From assembly GCA_963715295.1 (NCBI GenBank), contig CAVQRP010000012.1, positions 17,792 through 81,791 on the forward strand: a stretch of DNA of 64,000 nucleotides. Reading direction: 5' to 3'. A program made the position numbers and the translations under genes. This DNA comes from an uncultured Chloroflexia bacterium (lineage in GTDB: Bacteria; Chloroflexota; Limnocylindria; Limnocylindrales; CSP1-4). Shown in pieces: positions 59,060 to 64,000 of the stretch. The notes below the pieces were generated by a model. It saw only the letters and a program-made list of their open reading frames with translations, did not search any database and was not told where the DNA came from. Position 1 is the stretch's first letter. Every line of letters begins with the position of its first letter.

Positions 59060-59881
59060 CTAGCGGCTCGCGTCCTGAGCCGAACCCGGGGCCGAGGCGC
59101 CGCGTCCGAGACGCCCCCAGCGACGCCGTCGGTCGCTCGCGGACGGCGGGTCGGCCTGCATGTCGCCCCCCACATCGCGTGCCCGCAACTGAGCGAGACC
59201 CAGCACGACGAAGCACGACGCCAGCAACGTCTCCTGCAGCTCGCCCGAGTTGCCGAGGCGACCGGTACCGATGAACACGACATAGAGCCGGTACGCGAGG
59301 TAGCAGCCAACGAACAACCCACCGATCCACAGGGGCGGCACGGGCAGCGAGATGCGCTGCCCGAAGCGCCGGACCCGCGGAAGTGCCACCACCGTCAGCG
59401 GGAGCAGGACACAGTAGAGCAACCAGAAGATGTTCCCGAGTCGATGCGCATTGAGCAGGCTCCCACCGCCCTGGAAGGGCACCAGGTTGTGGATGTTCAT
59501 CTCACCCTGCGCGTTCGCGGTGAGCATCGCTTCGGGCGTTTCCCATCCGAAGATGCGCTGCCCCCAGCTGATCTCCTCAGCGAAGGCGAGGAAGAGCAGG
59601 ACGGCCAGTCCCAGGTAGAAGGGGTTGCGGCGAAGGGATGAGATGAGGCGCTGTGGGCGCGGGACGTCGGATCCCCAGTAGAGGACCGCCTGCAAGACGG
59701 CGGCGATGAGGAACGCCGCAGCTCCGACCGTCTCGACGAAACCATCCTCGGCAGTGAGCGACCGACCGAACTCCGTGTCGCTGACGATGCTGTAGGCAGC
59801 GAAGATCGCTCCGAACCCGAGGAGTCCGACAACGCCGCCCGCGAGTATGGGGCGAGCCGCCGATAGCAGTCGATCTGGCAT
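59060..59881 (-). CDS. Hypothetical integral membrane protein
   Basis: Internal ATG (MPDRLLSAARPIL) preceded by GGAGGAAACC. It has about 7 hydrophobic segments and the motif FAEEISWGQRIFGW. Confidence 0.75.
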   Translation of the reverse strand: MPDRLLSAARPILAGGVVGLLGFGAIFAAYSIVSDTEFGRSLTAEDGFVETVGAAAFLIAAVLQAVLYWGSDVPRPQRLISSLRRNPFYLGLAVLLFLAFAEEISWGQRIFGWETPEAMLTANAQGEMNIHNLVPFQGGGSLLNAHRLGNIFWLLYCVLLPLTVVALPRVRRFGQRISLPVPPLWIGGLFVGCYLAYRLYVVFIGTGRLGNSGELQETLLASCFVVLGLAQLRARDVGGDMQADPPSASDRRRRWGRLGRGASAPGSAQDASR

Positions 59882-59957
59882 GGTTTCCTCCGCTTCCCTC
59901 CCTGGTCGGCGAATGTACATGGACGCGATGCGGCATGGTGCGAATCCGCCCCGCCAA

Positions 59958-59993
59958 GTGGTGTCATGGCGCACCGTGGTGTCACGGCGCACC
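59958..59993. repeat. Two tandem 18-mers GTGGTGTCAYGGCGCACC upstream of the membrane protein gene
   Basis: Copies at 59958-59975 and 59976-59993, 17/18 identical. Each unit ends in the inverted GGTG...CACC. Confidence 0.8.
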
Positions 59994-60247
59994 GCCCACG
60001 GGAAGGCGGTCCAGCCCGGCCCCGATGACTGCTCAGTAGGTGCCGCCGAACTCCGCGATCTCGACCGAGAGATCGACGCTGTCGGTGGTGATGACGTGTT
60101 AGCCGACGCCGATGATCCGCTCGGCCATGCGCGCTCTGTGCCCTGCCGATCGGTGCCGGGATCCAGCCACGCTCAGCGTGGTGGTGGCAGTATGGCGACC
60201 GCCCCCGGCCCTCAGACCCAGCACCGCGGAAAGGGACCGCCGACGAC

Positions 60248-60652
60248 GTGACTTCGCCGCAGACCGTGGATGCCTACATCGGTTCGTTTCCGGAAGACGT
60301 GCAGACACGGCTGCGCACCCTCCGGGAGATCATCCGGCAGGTCGCGCCCGCCGCCGAGGCGTCCATCAGCTACGGGATCCCGGCGTTCCGGGTGAACGGC
60401 ACGTACTTCGTGTACATCGCCGGATGGAAGCAGCACCTCAGCCTCTACCCGATCCCAGTGGTCGATGGGGCCCTGGCCGAGGAGCTCGCGCCATACCGTG
60501 GAGGCAAGGGCACCCTCCGTTTCAAGCTCGGCGAACCGCTGCCGGCGGACGTGGTCGAGCGCGTCGTCAGGCTGCTGCTGGAGCAGCGCGCGGTCGGTGC
60601 TGCGATCGCTGGCGGGGAGGACGAGCGGCGCGGCGTACGCGGCATGGGTTGA
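60248..60652 (+). CDS. DUF1801 (YdhG-like) domain protein
   Basis: VDAYIGSFPEDVQTRLRTLREIIRQVAPAAEASISYGIPAFRVNGTYFVYIAGWKQHLSLYP. Confidence 0.8.
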   Translation: MTSPQTVDAYIGSFPEDVQTRLRTLREIIRQVAPAAEASISYGIPAFRVNGTYFVYIAGWKQHLSLYPIPVVDGALAEELAPYRGGKGTLRFKLGEPLPADVVERVVRLLLEQRAVGAAIAGGEDERRGVRGMG

Positions 60653-60803
60653 CCCGCGGGCGACCGCCCGGGGTACGCATCGGCGGTCGGCGGTCCGACC
60701 CGCCCATCCGGTCGGGGCTCATCCGCGGTATTGCCCTGCAGCCTGCGGTGAGGCACAACGGGAGTGTCGATCCGTGTCGATATCGTGCATGTGAGGGCTA
60801 CCG

Positions 60804-60920
60804 ATGGACATGTCCACCTTCCTGACCCTGGCCGTGGCGCTGCTGATCGCATTGAGTGCCTACCTGCTCTTCAACGACGTCCCGCGACTGGGCGGCTCGG
60901 GCACCCGTCGCCGGCGCTGA
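60804..60920 (+). CDS. Possible 38-aa single-TM peptide
   Basis: It is below the track size cutoff. Sequence is MDMSTFLTLAVALLIALSAYLLFNDVPRLGGSGTRRRR, with GTGAGGG 6 nt upstream and high GC3. It lies 35 nt upstream of the sulfurtransferase gene. Confidence 0.3.
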   Translation: MDMSTFLTLAVALLIALSAYLLFNDVPRLGGSGTRRRR

Positions 60921-60954
60921 GCACGAGGGTCCGTCCGCCCGCTACCGTGTGAGG

Positions 60955-61821
60955 ATGATCGACCCGAAGCCAAAGAACCCACTCGTCAGCGCTGACGACC
61001 TGCTGGCGGCCATCGACGACCCCAGCATCCGCGTCGCCGACGTGCGCTGGTTCCTGGGCGAGCCCGAACGCGGCCCACGGGAGTACGAGGCCGGGCACAT
61101 CGCGGGCGCCATCTTCGTGGATCTCGATCGGGACCTGGCCGCGGTCCGGGGTGCCGGCCGCCACCCCCTGCCGGACCCCCATGCCTTCGCCGACCGCATG
61201 GGCCAGCTCGGCTTCGGTGATGAGCACTCCATCGTCATCCACGATGCCCACAGCGGCCAGTACGGCGCCCGCATGTGGTGGATGCTCGATCACATGGGCC
61301 ACGAGAACGTCTTCATGCTCGACGGCGGACTGGCTGCATGGGAAGCCGCGGGAGGCGAGCTGACGGTCGCGCGGACCTCGCACCTGCGCGCCACGATGAC
61401 GCTCCTGGCCACGTGGCCCGACACCATCGACCGGCAGGAGATCCGCGCCATGAAGGGGACGATCGACCTGGTCGACGTGCGCACGCCCGAGCGATACACG
61501 GGGGAGTCGGAGCCGATCGAGAAGGTCGGTGGCCATATCCCGGGTGCGCGCAACCGACCGTGCGCCTCGATGATGGATGCGCAGGGGCGGATGCTGGCGC
61601 CACCGGAACTGCGCTCGTTGATCCGGGGTGACGGCGCGCGCGCCGAGCTGCCCTTGGTGCTCTCGTGCGGCAGCGGAGTGACCGCCTGCTACGGCATGCT
61701 CGCCGCGCGCGTGGCCGGGCTACCCGACCCCATCCTCTACCCAGGCTCCTTCAGCGACTGGGTCGGTGCCGGCCTGCCCGTCGTCACGGGCCCCGACCCA
61801 GAGAGCGCACCGCTCCCCTGA
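60955..61821 (+). CDS. sseA: Thiosulfate/3-mercaptopyruvate sulfurtransferase (tandem rhodanese)
   Basis: Internal ATG (MIDPKPKNPLVS) of ORF 60856..61821. Motifs are EYEAGHIAGA and the active-site loop SCGSGVTAC. Confidence 0.85.
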   Translation: MIDPKPKNPLVSADDLLAAIDDPSIRVADVRWFLGEPERGPREYEAGHIAGAIFVDLDRDLAAVRGAGRHPLPDPHAFADRMGQLGFGDEHSIVIHDAHSGQYGARMWWMLDHMGHENVFMLDGGLAAWEAAGGELTVARTSHLRATMTLLATWPDTIDRQEIRAMKGTIDLVDVRTPERYTGESEPIEKVGGHIPGARNRPCASMMDAQGRMLAPPELRSLIRGDGARAELPLVLSCGSGVTACYGMLAARVAGLPDPILYPGSFSDWVGAGLPVVTGPDPESAPLP

Positions 61822-61885
61822 CCACCTCGTCAAGGGCAGCGGACCGCTCAGGGGCGGCCCAAACGGTGCCGGCGGCGCCGATGTC

Positions 61886-62761
61886 TCAGCGCAGCTGAAC
61901 TTCCATATCGGAGCTCCCCGTCGCCATCGTCAAGGTGCGTTCACCGCGGGACAGGACCGTGCCCGCCGGTCGACCCGATCGTCGCCCCAGGATCTCGGCC
62001 CGCTCGACGCGCACCTGTTGCCCATCGAGCATGAACCATGCGCCCGGCCTCGCGGTCAGCCCTCGGACCAGGCGGTGGATGGCCTGGGCGTCCGCCTCCC
62101 AGTCGATCCTCGTATCGACATCGGTCAGGTTGGGGTGGTAGCTGACCAGCGAAGGATCCTGCGGCAAGCGCGAGTGGGTCCCGCCCGCGAGGGCCTCGAT
62201 CGTCTCCTCGAGCAGGTCGGCCGCCTGATCGCTCAGGCGAGCGAACAGGCTGTCCGCGGTGTCTCCATCGGTGATCGGCAGCGATCGTTGCGCGATGATC
62301 TCGCCCGCATCGAACTCCTCGGTCATCAGGTGGATGGTGACGCCGGTCGTTGACTCGCCGTTGATGATGGCCCACTTGTACGGAACCGGTCCCCGGTAGC
62401 GGGGCAGCATCGACAGGTGCGTATTGATCGCACCAAGGCGAGGGATCTCAAGCAGGGCCATCGGCAGGCGCACGGGATAGCCCGCGACGACGATCAGATC
62501 AGGCGTACATCCTGACACCAGGTCATGCAGCTCTGGCCCCCTGGACGTCTGGGGCTGGAGGACTGGAAGGCCCAACTGCCTGCCCTTCTCGGCAACGACC
62601 TGCGGGTACCCGGGGTCATCGGGCTTGGTCACCACGGCGCAGATGTCGAGGTCCTGACCGTGCAGCCGCTGGAGCGCGGCGGCGCCGAGGTAGTGAACGC
62701 CAAAGAAGACGATTTGCAGCCCACGCTGCGTGGATGGATCGGTGTCGTATCGGTTCGTCAT
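61886..62761 (-). CDS. Formyltransferase family protein (methionyl-tRNA formyltransferase-like, N- and C-terminal domains)
   Basis: Internal ATG (MTNRYDTDP) of ORF 61886..62902. Motifs are HLSMLPRYRGPVPYKWAIINGESTTGVTIH and EEFDAGEII. Confidence 0.8.
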   Translation of the reverse strand: MTNRYDTDPSTQRGLQIVFFGVHYLGAAALQRLHGQDLDICAVVTKPDDPGYPQVVAEKGRQLGLPVLQPQTSRGPELHDLVSGCTPDLIVVAGYPVRLPMALLEIPRLGAINTHLSMLPRYRGPVPYKWAIINGESTTGVTIHLMTEEFDAGEIIAQRSLPITDGDTADSLFARLSDQAADLLEETIEALAGGTHSRLPQDPSLVSYHPNLTDVDTRIDWEADAQAIHRLVRGLTARPGAWFMLDGQQVRVERAEILGRRSGRPAGTVLSRGERTLTMATGSSDMEVQLR

Positions 62762-62927
62762 GCGCGGCCCAAGATACGCGAACGCGGCAGATCGGACCCG
62801 ATGGCCTCGGCCCATCGGCGACAGGCCCTTGCCGCTCGACGAGCTACGGCCGCGACGAGGGCGCCCGGGGTGTAGCGTTCGGCTCGTGGCAGCCCGCGAC
62901 ACGGGCAGCGCTCGCCAGGAGGAGCCA

Positions 62928-64000
62928 GATGCGCACGGTGTGGGTGTTCGGCGACCAGCTCAATCGGCGCATCGGCGCACTCGGTGACGCTGACCCCCGC
63001 GACACGCGCGTGCTCCTGGTGGAGAGCGAGGCGCTCCTGCGCCCAGGGCAGCACGTCCAGCGGCTCCATCTGGTGGTCGCGGCCATGCGACGCTTCGCCG
63101 CCGAGATGGCTGCAGAGGGCTTCCAGGTCGACCTGCGCCGCTCCCCCACCCTGGCGGCCGGCCTGCGCGCCCACGTCGACGAACACGCGCCCGATACGGT
63201 CGTCGCCACCGAGCCGAACGCCCGCGCCGCGCGGGCGCTGTGCGGCCGGCTGGGAGTGGCACAGGTCCGCTCCGACCAGTTCCTCTGCCACCCCGACGAC
63301 TTCCGTGGCTGGGCTGGCGATCGCTCGACGCTGCGGCTGGAGGACTTCTACCGCTGGCAGCGCAAGCGCCTCGGCTATCTCATGGACCGCGACGCGCCGG
63401 CAGGTGGCAGCTGGAACTTCGACCGCGACAACCGGGAACCGCCGCCGGGGGATGCCTCGATCTTCAGCCAGCCGCCGGTCTCGCCGCTCGACGAGCTCGA
63501 CGAGGACGTGCTTGCCTCGCTGCCCGCGGCACCCGGACAGCCTCCCATCGGCCTGTGGGCCAGCTCCCGCCGCGAAGCCCTGGCTCGCCTGGACCACTTC
63601 CTCGACCACGAGCTGAGCCGTTTCGGGCCCTACGAGGACGCCATGACACAGCGCTCCTGGAGCCTGGGGCACTCGATGCTGAGCCCCTACCTCAACCTCG
63701 GCCTGCTCCTGCCCGCCGAGGTCTGCGATGCGGTCGAGGCCCGCTACCGTGCCGGCGAGGTGCCCATCAACTCGGCCGAGGGCTTCATCCGCCAGATCAT
63801 CGGCTGGCGGGAGTACGTGTGGAACCTCTACTGGCTCTGGCCCGAGCTGGCGCAAGCCAACGAGCTCGGCCACGAGCGCCCGCTCCCGCCGGCCTTCACG
63901 GGCGAGGCCACGACCCGCATGCACTGCCTGGCAGACGTGCTCGACAGCCTCGATCGCCGCGCCTGGGTCCACCACGTCCCCCGCCTGATGGTGCTGTCCA
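62928..64000 (+). CDS. Cryptochrome/photolyase-related protein of the FeS-BCP / COG3046 type, 3' end beyond the window
   Basis: Hand translation, absent from the track because there is no stop in the window. AGGAGGAG SD. Sequence is MRTVWVFGDQLNRRIG...LEDFYRWQRKRLGYLMD...GGSWNFDRDNREP...SMLSPYLNLGLLLP...AEGFIRQIIGWREYVW. Confidence 0.85.

Noticed and set aside
60033-60128. Mycofactocin-like (MftA-type) precursor, because of the ...VEIAEFGGTY C-terminus.
   Set aside because: It lacks the conserved IDGMCGVY core. No radical-SAM maturase or other mft genes are nearby, and the ORF is interrupted by TAA.
62758-63975. 405-aa minus-strand ORF at the right end.
   Set aside because: It is antisense to a plus-strand photolyase-related gene that is missing from the track only because it has no stop inside the window. 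The plus frame has an AGGAGGAG SD and conserved motifs.

Overview
This is a very GC-rich bacterial chromosomal segment (roughly 70% by eye, not computed), and it is dominated by housekeeping genes. I saw no integrase, transposase, phage, CRISPR or recognisable defence genes.

Gene content from left to right:
- a partial ABC substrate-binding lipoprotein
- the glycine-cleavage operon (nudix-gcvT-gcvH-gcvPA-gcvPB, minus strand)
- aconitase
- a META / PQQ-type sugar dehydrogenase pair
- a USP, a YbaK-like protein, and a secreted S8 protease with a ~20x Pro-Thr linker
- a TfoX-like protein and tRNA-Val(CAC)
- a complete minus-strand dcw/cell-division cluster, mraZ-rsmH-orf67-ftsL-ftsI-murF-mraY-murD-ftsW-murG-murB-ddl-ftsQ-ftsA-ftsZ-yggS-yggT-DUF167, with no murE or murC
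- RNase P RNA, rnhA, sdhCAB and sucCD
- a divergent MFS/TetR pair
- a methylmalonyl-pathway cluster (epimerase, mutase large subunit, BCCP, biotin carboxylase, carboxyltransferase)
- parAB, a UbiA-family prenyltransferase, msrA and several small or hypothetical proteins
- a rhodanese sulfurtransferase, a formyltransferase, and a partial FeS-BCP-type photolyase-related gene

ftsA together with the gene content suggests a non-actinobacterial high-GC lineage. Chloroflexota/Thermomicrobia-like is only a guess.

I do not see a convincing novel multi-gene system, and the window reads as ordinary core genome. The items most worth a second look are:
1. Five single-base indels break murG (two, mutually compensating), mraY, sdhA and a TetR gene. 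They are most likely consensus errors, but three of the four genes hit (murG, mraY, sdhA) have essential or central functions.
2. A ~470-bp convergent intergenic region (55.57-56.03 kb) is built from four different tandem-repeat families.
3. Three tandem 10-mers resembling parS half-sites, plus a perfect 16-bp palindrome, lie just upstream of an out-of-context parAB.
4. Textbook MraZ boxes sit next to a sigma70-like promoter.
5. There are several tightly coupled or interrupted mini-ORFs, and conserved N-termini that lack canonical start codons.

Many long ORFs in the supplied track are antisense shadow ORFs typical of high-GC DNA, and I ignored them.
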